DNA of 64,000 bases from Eledone cirrhosa. Taxonomy: Eukaryota. Positions 15,130 through 29,835 of the stretch are shown piece by piece. Under the pieces are notes generated by a model. The model was not told the DNA's origin. It saw only the letters and a list, made by a program, of their open reading frames with translations, and ran no database searches. Every line of letters begins with the position of its first letter. The first letter of the stretch is position 1. The position numbers and the translations under genes were made by a program. The stretch covers positions 5,518,001 to 5,582,000 of the forward strand of contig OZ024748.1 of assembly GCA_964016885.1 (NCBI GenBank), given 5' to 3'.

Positions 15130-15610
15130 GAAGTTCATCATTAGCCTAATCCCAACTCATTATTATCATAACCATGAAGGCGGTGGATTGGCAGTATCGG
15201 TAGAGGGTCGGGCGCCAAGCTTTGAAGCATAGAGTTACCTCCCTTTATAATCTGAGTTCAAATCCCGCCGGGGTCGATAAAATAAAGTACCAGTAATGTA
15301 CTGGGTAATTTTGATGGCCTTGAGCCAAAAGGAGAAACCATTATTATCATTACCATGACGACCATCATCATCATCATCATCACCATCATCATCATCATAA
15401 TCATCAACATCATCATCATCGTCTCTATCTTTATTACCGACACCATCATCAATGCTATCGCCTGCATTATCATTATCATCACCAGCAACATAGTTATCAT
15501 CGCATTCATCATGGCCGTCACCATCACCCTCATCATCATCATCATCATGATAATCATCATCATCATCATCGTCACTATCCTTATCATCAACATTAATATC
15601 AACAACACCA
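14615..15610. repeat. (ATC)n-derived low-complexity region interrupted by a SINE
   Basis: Directly visible ATC/ACC triplets. Confidence 0.9.
15177..15342 (+). mobile_element. SINE family A copy with internal deletions
   Basis: A box TGGCAGTATCGG, B box GAGTTCAAATCC, GGGGTCGATAAAATAAAGTACCAG, GAAACCATTATT tail. Confidence 0.8.
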
Positions 15611-16310
15611 CGAGTAACAACAACAGCAATAACGCCAACACTAACAAAAACTCACAACAGAAGGAACAAAAATCAAAATCTACAAACAAATATATATTAA
15701 AATACGTATTATTTTTTTTTTTTAATCGGGCAAAAGGCAAGCTTAATGTGTGAAATACTCGAACGCCTGACTCCATGCCGGCAGATCGATCTTGCTGTGC
15801 AAAACTTCTTATCTCAACCACATTGGTGCTGGGTGTGGAGGATGACAGGAAGGGAAAGAGACACATAGAGACTAAGAGAGATGGTAAAGGAGAAAAGTAG
15901 AAAGAGAGAGGGAGAGAGGGAGTAAAAGATAGCAAAAAGATAATGCGACAAAAAGATAGGGGCGGGGAACGGGATAAAGTTTGTGAGAGGGAAATAGAGG
16001 GCTGAGGTGGGTGAGGTGATCAATCAGTGGAGGAATATAAAGAAGGGGAATATATATGAAAAGAAGAGGAAAAAGTATAAAAGTGAAATATAATGAGAGA
16101 GAGGGAGATAGAGAGTCTGTGTGATAGAGAGATAGGGGTGATGAGTGGAGGGGTTTGTGAGGGGAAATAGAGGACTGTGGTGGGTGAGGTGAAATATGTA
16201 TTGGGGTAGGAAGAAAGAAAGGAAGGAATATAGAGATAGGAGCGAGGAAAATTATGAAAGAGAAAGAGAAGAGAAAAGAGAATAAATGTAAAATAGAAGG
16301 AGAAAGATAT

Positions 16311-16351
<41 letters not shown>

Positions 16352-16808
16352 GAAACATAGCGGTGGTGAACGGGGGTTGGGATTTGTGAGTGGGGAAGTA
16401 GAGGGGTGAGGAGGGTGTTGTGAGAAATCAGTGGTTGGCTAGTTACGTTGGCTGATTGAATGATTAGGATATGAAGGTCGTGTTGGTTGACTGAATGTAT
16501 GGGTGTGTGGTGTTGTAGGAGGACTCTTAGATGAAGGTGTGAATGGGAGATGGTGGTGATGGTAGGATGGTGCTTGTGGTTGTTGTGGGTGGTTGTGGTG
16601 ATGATGTTTGTGGTGGTGGTGGTGGTAGTGGAAGAGTTGGTTACCTTTGTGGTGTTTGATGCTGTTATTTCTCTTTTCTTTTTGTTATTTTTGGGAGTGA
16701 TGTTGATGGTTGTTGTTGTTGTTGGTGGTGATGGTGGTGGAAGTATTGTTGTTGGTGAGGGTGGCGATGGTTATCATGGCGGTGTTGGTGAAATTATAGG
16801 TGGTGGTT

Positions 16809-16809
<1 letters not shown>

Positions 16810-16856
<47 letters not shown>

Positions 16857-16962
16857 GTATTAGTAACATTAGCAGCAATAGTAGCAGCAGCAGCAGCAGC
16901 AGCAGCACTAGTAGTAGTAGTAGTAGCAGCAGTAGTATCAGTAACAGCAGCAGCAGCAGCAT

Positions 16963-17029
<67 letters not shown>

Positions 17030-17030
17030 G
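16810..17030. repeat. (GTA)n/(GCA)n microsatellite
   Basis: Directly visible. Confidence 0.95.
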
Positions 17031-17519
17031 GAACTGTACATTTTCATTGGCTATTCTTTTTTCAAGTTTTAACGATTTAATTGTTCCATACGATGCACTA
17101 GTGTTTTCTTCTTCAGCTATCATGTTCTCTAATATGTCGTCCGCCTCTTGGTCCCGTTCGAAGACAATGCTCTGCAGAACACTGAGAAAGACCCGCTGGA
17201 AGAGCCAATTCACCCCAAGGGGGCTCACACATGCAGGCAGCCAACTTCTTTTCGATAGCAGTAAGTGCAACATGATCTCAGACTGGCTGGTGCGTCTGCT
17301 CTAGCAGCACCATCTGGCAGGTTTTCTCACCGGCTCCCAGCCCTTCAATGGAGTCTGGCTCAAGTGATGGAACACATCACTTGTGACCGGCATTTAACTG
17401 GACAGCGAGTGCTTTTGCTTCAGTGTTTCCAAAAGGCTCAGACGACGGTTCTGTGATCTATGATCCCCACAAATGCTTCAGGTTCCAACTGTTGAAGAAA
17501 ATCCCAGACATGAACATGA

Positions 17520-17693
17520 TAGCATAGAGTTTCGGTCCTTTCGTTCTGAGTTCAAATCCTGCCGAGGTTAACTTTGCCTTTCATTCTCACGGGGTCGATA
17601 AAATAAACTACCAGGAACTCACTGGAGTCGATTTAATCGACTTTCCCCTGTCCCCAAAGTGTTGGCCATGTGCCTAAATCAGAAACCATTATT
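17520..17693 (+). mobile_element. SINE family A copy, 5'-truncated
   Basis: CTGAGTTCAAATCCTGCCGAGGTTAACTTTGCC...GGGGTCGATAAAATAAA...GAAACCATTATT. Confidence 0.8.
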
Positions 17694-18657
17694 TAAAGAA
17701 GATATGTTCTATTTGTCTACACACTAACTACTGTGTGACAACCATTTCAATACAGCGGATATCCAATATATTTAACGAACTGTTCAATAACAAAATATCA
17801 CAATATGTTGTCTTCATAATATTACACAAGCCAAGCCAGTATACTAGAAAATAATCTTTGCTAATAAATACCACACTGACCTGAAATATTGGACTAATTT
17901 TGAAAGTTCTTTCACAAATAATATACTAACTTTAGAATATTATTAAAATAAGAATATATATTATCTTTGACCATTGAAACGTAAATAAGTGTAATAAGAA
18001 TGAAATCGATTATTCATTCGCTATTTTGATTTGGTTTTAAATAAAATTACTTTTTATTTTTATATTTCTTTGTTGTTGTTTTTGTTGATTAGCCACAGAT
18101 CAACCATAATATGATCACACTGATCATCACAAATATTTTTTGTAGGACCACACCCCTCAAATGAACCCTTAATTACCTTCATGATATTTGTGATAAGAGA
18201 GAGCTGTGGCTGTTACTTCTAGCAGTAGCAGTAACCAAGTAGAAAAGCAACTAATGGCCTCTTTCATGTGTGAGTTATTGTTTTTATCTAGCTACAGCTC
18301 CAATGGTAGCATGCTAAACGGGGGATCATTATATTTTTCTTCAGGACCACACCATTCATTGTAGGCTCGCACCATTCATTGAGGCCTCTGAAATAACTCA
18401 GAAACAACCTTGTATCTTTCAGGTTTGCCTTCATATGAATTTCATAATATATCATGCTTATTGCTTCCTTGTGTAATTTTATAAAGGATTTATTTGTTGT
18501 TTGCTAATGACATCCTATCAATTGTTGTTGTGTAATGCATTAAACTGGTATATTTGTTTCATTCTTTTATGGGGAAAAATCGTAATTTTATGGTCAGTAT
18601 AGTAGTTTGTGTAGAGACATACAATTTTCACATTTACAATCAAACAATATACATAGG

Positions 18658-18691
<34 letters not shown>

Positions 18692-18709
18692 CACACACAC
18701 ATATATTAA

Positions 18710-18765
<56 letters not shown>

Positions 18766-18785
18766 ATGTGAATGTGTCTGTTGAA

Positions 18786-19135
18786 ACCTGGAATATAGCT
18801 TAAGAGAAATATGACAATAATGATATGATAGGCACCCAATATTTTGAACTGGTTTATAGAATTCTCTTGGCCTTTCTCACTCTAAGTAGGGCTTTAAAGA
18901 ATTAGCTTTTAAAGAATTTCCCTTTTCTTTAAATCCATCAACCATGACCGACCCCAACCATCTTATAGACACCTGAAATATAGGCATTGTTAGCTTAAGA
19001 GAAACTTAAAAATAAGGAGTGGCACCACATTCTGAACTTGTTTATAGAATTCTTTCTGCCTTTTTCACTCTAAATATAAATTATAGCCTTCAAGAATTAG
19101 CTTTTAATGAATTCCCTTTTCTTTCAACCAATTAC
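18786..19135. repeat. Diverged tandem duplication, unit about 185 bp
   Basis: TAGCTTAAGAGAAA, TGAACT.GTTTATAGAATTCT, CACTCTAA and AAGAATTAGCTTTTAA each occur twice in the same order. Confidence 0.75.
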
Positions 19136-19199
19136 CTCCACCCATCCCACTCCCCACCCTTTCCTACCACCTGAAAAGATATAAATTACACAACATTTA

Positions 19200-19345
19200 T
19201 TTTTGGAAACCCAGATTCCTGTTGATTTCTAAAGAATGAAACAGTTCTAGTCCTGTAGAATGTCATCTATATTAAAACTTTTATACTCTGCTATGTATTG
19301 AGTACCTTACTTACTGTGGTTACCTCCGATTCAACCCGGAATAAC

Positions 19346-19347
<2 letters not shown>
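19200..19347 (+). mobile_element. Short pLTR-like repeat (family Q)
   Basis: GAATGAAACAGTTCTAGTC and ATGTATTGAGTACCTTAC are shared with 55781-55900 and, partly inverted, with 33556-33665. Ends in (TA)n. Confidence 0.6.
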
Positions 19348-19392
<45 letters not shown>

Positions 19393-19612
19393 TAAACGGA
19401 ATAGAAAATGCTGACAAATTGTTCACAGTTGAAAAATGGTTTAATTAGGAATAAAAGAGTATTAGTGATTGTATGGGTTAGTATTCAGTTGTGGTTTTAA
19501 GTTTTTAAGTTTTTACCGGTTGCGCATTTCTAAATGCTTTTCAAAAATAATTTTGAGATAGAGTGTCCGTGCTGTTTGCTCTGATCTGTATATATATATA
19601 TATATATATCTG

Positions 19613-19657
<45 letters not shown>

Positions 19658-19687
19658 TTACATATATATATATATACATATATATAT

Positions 19688-19806
<119 letters not shown>

Positions 19807-20339
19807 GTCACTATTACTGTTTTATTTTTATTACATTTCAGGTAGTCTGTCCTTATCTAAATAACCCCCCCCTCACCTCCAGAAATAATAGTTTCCTGTT
19901 TTTATTATTTTACTTCCCAGTATGCGAAATACCCCGTGCAAGAATTCTGTAAATATATCAAGCCCCTACCATACTGTTCGTGTGGTAGGTCCCATTATAT
20001 CTGTATATAGATCTAAATCTGTGGTTTCCCAAAAGCCTTGAATAGTTTTCCTTATCTCAGATTATCGTTCCACTTATGTTCCAATTTATTATATCGAAAC
20101 TGTAGTTTACGACGGGAATGAACATAAATGTTTATTATACGTCTACATAGTCTATATCACACTTTTCAAATGTCCTTCTTCTTTTCTAAATAGTGTATCT
20201 TATCAGTTTTATCTGATTACAAATACGTCTAAGTGCGATCGTTCTGTTTTCATTCTATCAATTCAGTATGGAAACCTAACTTAATATTTTCTTCTTCGCC
20301 TACTTATTCCTGAGAGTGTCGAGGAGGGGGGGGGGGTCC

Positions 20340-20510
20340 TCTAAAACTCCTTCCACCGGTTCTTGTCAGAATTAACCGTCTCCAACTGATCCGGCTTGAT
20401 CCCCAAGTTTGACCAGCCAAGATCATGGATGTTATCCAACCATCTTGTTCAGGGTCTAAGCCTGGGTCTTCTGCCGGTTGGTTTTTGCCCGTAAAATCTG
20501 ACCAGCGATT
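20340..20510 (-). mobile_element. RTE-clade LINE 3' end fragment
   Basis: Manual minus-strand translation KPTGRRPRLRP*TRWLDNIHDLGWSNLGIKPDQLETVNSDKNRWKEF resembles the RTE C-terminal G.R.RGRP..RW.D...DR..W motif. Confidence 0.7.
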
Positions 20511-21714
20511 ATTTCCTTAATATTTTATTGTTATAATTAATCTCTTTCTAATTAGAGTAATTTTAAAACACGTGTTTAATCTCATATTCTTCTTGATATT
20601 AAAGTTGACATTCTCTTCAATTTCATCTAAGTTCTCCGGCCGTATGTTAGTTCGTGTTTCTAGTTCAAATCTTGGATAGAGTATAAACTGGTTATATATG
20701 CTTTGGTAGAGTTCCTATGCTCTTTGGATTAACCGAATTTCTTAATGAATCAGGTTGAGATTGGGATGTGCTGAGGAAAGAATGATTCCATGTAACATAG
20801 CAAATGGGATTTGCTCAGTTGATGATAAATAATATTGCATATGCAGAAAAATTATATTGACTGTTGTGTTTTTTATGATATATATATATCTTAGTAAAGG
20901 ACCTCGTTACCCTTGCAGATAACAATTAAAAATATGTCATAATGAGCTTACAAAGAATCACTCTATTCCATCCAACACTCTGCATATACTCACAAACTCA
21001 GAATTATGTCCCATGATTTCACATATATATATATATATCACCCTTTTTGTACAGTTGACCATGTTATTCTTCATTGTAGTACAATAAAGCAATGCAGATA
21101 TCGGATAAGAAGCACTCTACAGTTTGTGGGACTGGAGTATACCTAATATATAAGATCAAAAGATGGTTAAATGAGTTCCATGTATTTTATTATGCGCATT
21201 TCAAAAACAAATATCATTATGCAATAACATTTGTGTTTTCATCAGATAAAATAGGAAGACATGATATGAAGGTTAAAAACACTTGTGGATAGTGCAGTTT
21301 TAAATCAACATATCATGATATATATAAATATACATATGTATATATATATATATATATATATACATAGAGCTTATATTCAGCACTATATTTTTATTTATTA
21401 CGCTCTGAAGATTCCTGCCCCACGGTATGGATGAAACATTGTTAGCGAATAAAAATTGTATAAGTATGTAGCCGTTCTTTGATTTATATTTATATATATA
21501 CAATCATCACAACCAACTCTGTATTTACAAAGGTGATAAATAACTGACCGGATGTATTCTTCGGTAGAAATGACTGTCCAGCCACCATCTTTTAACGATA
21601 TGACAATATATCAATCAGTGAAAAGAGGGTGACAAACATCAAACGTCCTTCGTTTGAGCCTTGCTTCCTTCTTTATTTCCTTCCATCTTGCTGTTTCAAT
21701 ATCTCTCCCTCACT

Positions 21715-22235
<521 letters not shown>

Positions 22236-22441
22236 ATACACATATATTCATACATACGCACACAAACTCAAAAAAGATTATATATACTCGTTTTTGAGAT
22301 TGTGTGCGTACGTATGAATATATGTGTATATACGTATATATAATTGTTTCTACGTTTGGCACAAGGCCACCAATCCACACACTTTATATATGAAAGTGTG
22401 TGTATTATATATACATATATACACATATATTCATATATATT

Positions 22442-22897
22442 CTAGGGCGGGTAAAATTCCCAAGATCCATGGACGAGTTGTCTCCAGCGGTCTCTGTCCC
22501 TCATTATCGCTACCATGTCCTGCGTCTCCAGCAGATCAGTGTCTGTCCTTAGGGCATCAACATACGTTAACCTTGGTCTTCCTCTTCCAGTGTGTCTATG
22601 TAGGGGCTCCCACAGGAGCACTGAGTGCAATGTCAACTCTGGATGTCAGTGAGCATGTCCAGCTAACCTCAGTCTCCTCTGTGTCACTTTTGAGCTGACT
22701 TTTGAGATCGGTATGGAAGTCGGACCTTCGTAAAGACATGAAAATCCGCCTCTTCATTGCTGTAGTGGAGTCTGTGCTGCTGTACGGGTCTGAAACTTGG
22801 ACACTGACCAAGAAACTCACTCAGATGGTGGATGGGTGCTACACGGGAATGCTGTGGGTGGCTCTGAACATTAATCAGTATACACTGAGGATAAAAA
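22442..22897 (-). mobile_element. RTE-clade LINE 3' fragment with inverted 5' segment
   Basis: Minus 22442-22702 reads KVSSKVTQRRLRLAGHAH*HPELTLHSVLLWEP..GRGRPRLTYVDAL..MRDRDRWRQLV. Plus 22701-22895 reads VWKSDL..KIRLFIAVVESVLLYGSETWTLTKK...GCYTGMLWVALNI. Confidence 0.88.
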
Positions 22898-22900
22898 TTC

Positions 22901-22931
<31 letters not shown>

Positions 22932-23082
22932 GGTGGGTGTGTGTGTGTACAATGTTTACATATTTTTACTGGGAGTTGTATTTATTTTTTTAATATTTTT
23001 TCCCTAAAAATATCACGAGGCACACACACGTAATTCTTTCTCTCTCTCCCTACATCTCTTCGTCTCCTCCAACACCTCACTA

Positions 23083-23166
<84 letters not shown>

Positions 23167-23397
23167 CCTCTCTCTCTCTTTCTCCTCTTCTCCTTCGCCC
23201 TCTCAGTCTCTTTCTCTCTTACCTTCATCTTCGAATGTATATTACACCGTGTTATGACCACGCTCACCGGGTTCGGGTCAAAATTCAGAGGTAACACCGC
23301 AGTTGAGACACCGTCGAATGAAAACATTGAACATTTGGGACACGATTGGTCACCCGATAACTAAGGTTTCAGGTCTAGTAGAAACAGCAACAGTAGT

Positions 23398-23462
<65 letters not shown>

Positions 23463-24077
23463 GGTGAGTTGTGATGGTGGTGATAGTGGTGATAGTGGTC
23501 ATGTTAGTAGTAGTAGTTGTAATGGTATAAGTGATTGTCATGCTGGTTATCGTGTTGGTAATAGTACTAGACATTTTAGTAGTAGTGGTGGTGATGGTGG
23601 TGATGGTGATTGTTGAAATGGTGGTGTATTGGTGGTAGTAGTAGTAGTAGTAGTAGTAAAAATAATGATATAAATATTGATAAAAACGAAATAAAGAAAT
23701 ATGTAATCATGTGTCGATACACGCATGCGCAAGTGGATATTGTGTGTTAAAGAAACATTTAGAAAATATGGCGTAGCAATTGTCATCATTATCGTTTCAA
23801 GATGCTGGGCTGTTTTCAAATTATGTATTCTTGTTCCTTGTTTGGACTTGTTTTTGTGTTTTTGTTTATGCAGATATTAATTTGGTGTTCCATTTAGTTA
23901 GTGTTTCGCATTTTTATTGTTGTTGTTATGGTTGATTGCAATGGTGGTTGTATTTGTGGTCAGGCCAGCGGAATACGCACGTGTATGTTTTTTCCTCCCC
24001 TAGTTTTTTTTTTCTCATTTACCCCATTCCTTGTCTCATCGCTCTTTATTTTCTATTCATCTTCTATTTCTAACTCT

Positions 24078-24115
24078 ATCTTCTGATGAAGGGCTAGTGT
24101 CCGAAACCTTAAGAT
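24078..24115 (+). ncRNA. Minimal type I hammerhead motif in a pLTR-like remnant
   Basis: ATCTT-CTGATGA-A-GGGC-TAGT-GTCC-GAAA-CCTT-AAGAT: 5-bp stem I, 4-bp stem II, stem III ACCT (one change from palindromic ACGT). Confidence 0.65.
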
Positions 24116-24834
24116 TCTCTTCCTGTTATTTCAAGCGTTAAACTAATATATTTCTTTCATGTTCTGTGTCGTTTGTTTTGTTATGTTTGTTATTAGCTTT
24201 ATATACAGACATGGCTACATGATTAAAACAATTCGTTCGCTATAACAGAATCCCTTGTTAATTCGGTCCTACTGTGAGGTGTTCTTTGGAAATTTCCTTT
24301 TTTTATGTTGACCCAATTATGAAGATGACCCGACAGATGTTGCCATACCGTGGCTGATAAATTATTTATCAAACAAAAAATACAGGACTCAATACATTAA
24401 TCTGAAAACACTACGAATGCTCTGCCCCAGTTTATTCGGTAGTTCAGTAACAAAAACAAGACAAACAAACAAAAAAAAGAAAACAGTTAAAGTTCAAAAT
24501 CAATCAATAACAGAAGAAATCCATAGACGCAACTCTTTCTTAAGAAAAAGAAGAAAGAAAAGCGAATTATCTTTAGAAGACATGGATCATAAGAAATCAA
24601 TCTTCTCCCTTGTCTTTATATATTATCAGACATCTGATGAAAGAAAAACAAATATATCTAAAAAGGAAAAATTAATTTCCGTTTGGTTTAGATATTAAGT
24701 GTCTCTCATCTGTGTACCTAGTCACTTAATAGAATTCAAGTTGTTGTTTGCATCAATCAGCAGAGAAAGAAAAGCCGACCTTGTTGACCCGAAAAATGGT
24801 TCATCGAATCAAATGAGATACCTTGTGAAAACTT

Positions 24835-25045
24835 TGTTCTTGTTGTTGCTGGTGTTGTTGGTGTAGTTTCTGTTGTTGTTGCCGCTGTTGCCGATGTTGT
24901 TGTTGTTGCTACTGCTGCTACTGCTGATGATGATGATGTTATTGTTATTTTTGTTGTTGTTGTTGTTGTTGTTGTTGTTGCTGCTTCAACTGATGATGAT
25001 GATGATGATGTTGTTGTTGTTGTTGTTGCTCTTATTGTTGTTCGT
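24835..25045. repeat. (GTT)n/(GAT)n/(GCT)n microsatellite
   Basis: Directly visible. Confidence 0.9.
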
Positions 25046-25288
25046 TAGCTCCAGAGCAAGGTAGTTCTGAGCGAGAAAAATATATGATAGAAACTCGTTC
25101 CAGATTTGTAGTAGTATTAATCCAGCGCCGCCATAGCAGTCAACAACGCCAACGAAAGCAATACCCACGCCAACAAACCCATCTCGACCATTAACATCAT
25201 CAGCCCTAGTACTACAAGCCACCAGACTTACCACTACGACCACCAACATTAACAGTATCAAAACCAGCACGAACACCACCATCAACAA

Positions 25289-27135
25289 TACTAGAGTAGT
25301 AATACAGTAATACAACCATCAGACCCAATATTACGACCAACAACATTAATAGCAACAAGACCAGTACGGCCACCCCCAGCAACAATACTAGAGTAATACA
25401 GTAATATAACTATCAGACCCAACACTACGACCACAAACAAGACCAGTACGGCCACCCCCAGCAACAATACTAGAGTAATACAGTAATATAACTATCAGAC
25501 CCAACACTACGACCACAAACAAGACCAGTACGGCCACCCCCAGCAACAATACTAAAGTAATACAGTAATATAACTATCAGACCCAACACTACGACCACAA
25601 ACAAGACCAGTACGGCCACCCCCAGCAACAATACTAGAGTAATACAGTAATATAACTATCAGACCCAACACTACGACCACCAACAAAACCAGTACGGCCA
25701 CCCTCAGCAACAATACTAAAGTAATACAGTAATATAACTATCAGACCCAACACTACGACCACAAACAAGACCAGTACGGCCACCCCCAGCAACAATACTA
25801 GAGTAATACAGTAATATAACTATCAGACCCAACACTACGACCACCAACAAAACCAGTACGGCCACCACCAGCAACAATACTAAAGTAATACAGTAATATA
25901 ACTATCAGACCCAACACTACGACCACAAACAAAACCAGTACGGCCACCACCAGCAACAATACTAGAGTAATACAGTAATATAACTATCAGACCCAACACT
26001 ACGACCACCAACAAAACCAGTACGGCCACCACCAGCAACAATACTAAAGTAATACAGTAATATAACTATCAGACCCAACACTACGACCACCAACAAAACC
26101 AGTACGGCCACCACCAGCAACAATACTAAAGTAATACAGTAATATAACTATCAGACCCAACACTACGACCACAAACAAGACCAGTACGGCCACCCCCAGC
26201 AACAATACTAGAGTAATACAGTAATATAACTATCAGACCCAACACTACGACCACAAACAAGACCAGTACGGCCACCCCCAGCAACAATACTAAAGTAATA
26301 CAGTAATATAACTATCAGACCCAACACTACGACCACCAACAAAACCAGTACGGCCACCACCAGCAACAATACTAAAGTAATACAGTAATATAACTATCAG
26401 ACCCAACACTACGACCACAAACAAAACCAGTACGGCCACCACCAGCAACAATACTAGAGTAATACAGTAATATAACTATCAGACCCAACACTACGACCAC
26501 CAACAAAACCAGTACGGCCACCACCAGCAACAATACTAAAGTAATACAGTAATATAACTATCAGACCCAACACTACGACCACCAACAAAACCAGTACGGC
26601 CACCACCAGCAACAATACTAAAGTAATACAGTAATATAACTATCAGACCCAACACTACGACCACCGACAAAACCAGTACGGCCACCCCCGGCAACAATAC
26701 TAAAGTAATACAGTAATATAACTATCAGACCCAACACTACGACCACCAACAAAACCAGTACGGCCACCACCAGCAACAATACTAAAGTAATACAGTAATA
26801 TAACTATCAGACCCAACACTACGACCACCAACAAAACCAGTACGGCCACCACCAGCAACAATACTAAAGTAATACAGTAATATAACTATCAGACCCAACA
26901 CTACGACCACCAACAAAACCAGTACGGCCACCACCAGCAACAATACTAAAGTAATACAGTAATATAACTATCAGACCCAACACTACGACCACCAACAAAA
27001 CCAGTACGGCCACCACCAGCAACAATACTAAAGTAATACAGTAATATAACTATCAGAGCCAACACCACGACCACCAACAAAACCAGTACAGCCACCACCA
27101 GCAACAATACTAGAATAATACAGTAATACAACCAC
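25289..27135. repeat. 82-bp minisatellite, about 22 copies
   Basis: Unit ACTARAGTAATACAGTAATATAACTATCAGACCCAACACTACGACCACMAACAARACCAGTACGGCCACCMCCAGCAACAAT. Period 82 (25387 to 25469). Confidence 0.95.
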
Positions 27136-27732
27136 AAGGACCACCACTACAACCACCAACATTAACAGCAACAACACAAACACCGTCGATGCCACTACAT
27201 CATCATCACCAATACAGACTCCCCCGCCTTTACAAACTTTTCAAAATATTTCTCTGAAACAACAACAAGAAATAAACAACAAAAAATAATCATGTGTAAG
27301 ATAAATAAAACGCAACAATCAAAGGATAAAAAGGAAAAAATATAATTTACAGAATGTACTCATGAATAAGTATTTACGTTAAATAATTGCTAAATATTTA
27401 TTACATACATATCTATAATAATCACAGACATTCAAATAATTATATATATACATTCACATATGTATATATGTCTTGTCGGTGGATCCTACGAGAGCTTTTC
27501 GAAAAAAAGGCACACTGCTAGGGTATGATAAATGAATGTGTAGATATATATGTATCTATATATTACATTTTTTCATTAGAAATATGAATTTTGAACAAAA
27601 GTCTGCTTAGCATTTATGAAATTTCATTGTTATTATAATCATTATTGAAATAAGCGTTTTGAAATTTTGAATAAAGTGATAAATGTTACATCATTTATAT
27701 ATATATTTATGTATGTATATATATATATATAA

Positions 27733-27778
27733 TTACATATTTAAATACCCACATATAATGACTTAAATGCATATATAA

Positions 27779-27848
<70 letters not shown>

Positions 27849-27886
27849 GCATTCAAGCAATTATATGTGGATATTTAAATATGTAA
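27733..27886. repeat. Inverted repeat (about 45-bp arms) centred on a (TA)n tract
   Basis: TACATATTTAAATACCCACATATAATGACTTAAATGCATATATAA versus the reverse complement of the right arm, TACATATTTAAATATCCACATATAATTGCTTGAATGCATATATAA. Confidence 0.85.
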
Positions 27887-28115
27887 ATATATATATATAT
27901 ATATATGTAAATCTCTATATGCACGTATAAGTGTATATTTATTTATGTAATTTTACATATATATAAAGTAGGTGAGTCTATGCAACAAAAAAAAAAGAAA
28001 GTTTCCGAAATAGTTGCAATAATTAAAATAGATTTTAATACAATCTTCTCATGGTTGCTAGTCTGCTACATATGGATGAGCCTGATGTAAGTTGGATAAT
28101 TTTCCGTATATATAT

Positions 28116-28175
<60 letters not shown>

Positions 28176-28270
28176 GAGCACTCAGAATCCAAGCGTAGTG
28201 CAAAATGAATTCGTACACACATGTATATTTTATCATGTAAATTCACACACATACACAACATATATATACA

Positions 28271-28301
<31 letters not shown>

Positions 28302-28710
28302 GGAGAGTGTGTGTATATGTACATTTGTGAGTGTATGTAAGTGTGGCGCCGATATCCCTTTTTTTATGCATATACATAACTATATACATATTAAGTGTTT
28401 CGAAATATACGGAAATTGACCCCCACACTTCCAGCTTTCTCCCACCAAAACGATAATATAAAATAACAATATAGATATAGAATAAACCCTTTATTCCACG
28501 CTTGGAATCGTCCTCTGTATATATTTACAATAAATAATATCTATGTGAACATATAGATAGATAAATTAAATAAATATGCATTTTTATGCATGAAACATTC
28601 ACCAATATGTTTTATTCGGCTGTGTTGGTGCGGAAAATTAATCTATGTTATTTGTTAGGGTTCAGATTGTACATCTTTGAAGATACAATAGGTGATGCAG
28701 AGTAACCCCG

Positions 28711-28741
<31 letters not shown>

Positions 28742-28901
28742 TGTATGTATGTATGTATGTATGTATGTATGTATGTATGTATGTATGTATGTATGTATGT
28801 ATATATATATACATATATATATATGTTATAACATGCGCATATATTTTTCCCCTCTTTTCTACATCTGCATATATGTTTACATATACGTTTACATACGTAT
28901 A

Positions 28902-29017
<116 letters not shown>

Positions 29018-29114
29018 TATCTCTCTCTGACGGTGCTTTCACTTTTTCACTACCTGTCTCGCGAAAAGTTCTCATCTTCAACCTCTGCATTCTTTTACAT
29101 AAGTATTTATGTAT

Positions 29115-29156
<42 letters not shown>

Positions 29157-29270
29157 CTACTTATAGATAAACGTACATATAATTATATCATTTTGGTCTA
29201 TCACAGACCTCTATAATTTTATGTTCACTCACAGATACACATTCATATATACTACCCCATAAATATATAT

Positions 29271-29301
<31 letters not shown>

Positions 29302-29769
29302 TTAAATAAATATACATGTCTATGTGTGTATGTTTGTGTGTATGTGTGTGTATGAATGTATACAAATTTTATACAAAAGTAATATATGTGTATTCCATTC
29401 ATATATTTACTTCAAAATATTTACGTTATAAAATTCTTCCTTTACTAATTGAAAATCAACTTAACACTCACCCACACACACACTTATATATGTATATATA
29501 TAAAGATATATATAAGAATAATATTAAGAAATCTGATGATGTTTATTCATCGTTTATTCATCTTTCTTAATGTTATTCTTATACTGAATCTTTATCGTAA
29601 TTACAGACTACGAATGTAGAGAGCTTTCTTCTGCTTGCTCCAGATTTTAACAATACCACTTCTACTGAATATGACTCCAGTTGCATTTTCGATTTCATCT
29701 TTTTTCCTTATACTTTCTCTCGTGTAGGTCATCGCGCCTTTTCTTTCATTTTGTAAAAAACCTCATTTT

Positions 29770-29835
<66 letters not shown>

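Noticed and set aside
25289-27135. CRISPR-like or coding repeat
   Set aside because: No spacers, and the 82-bp period is not a multiple of three and contains stops.
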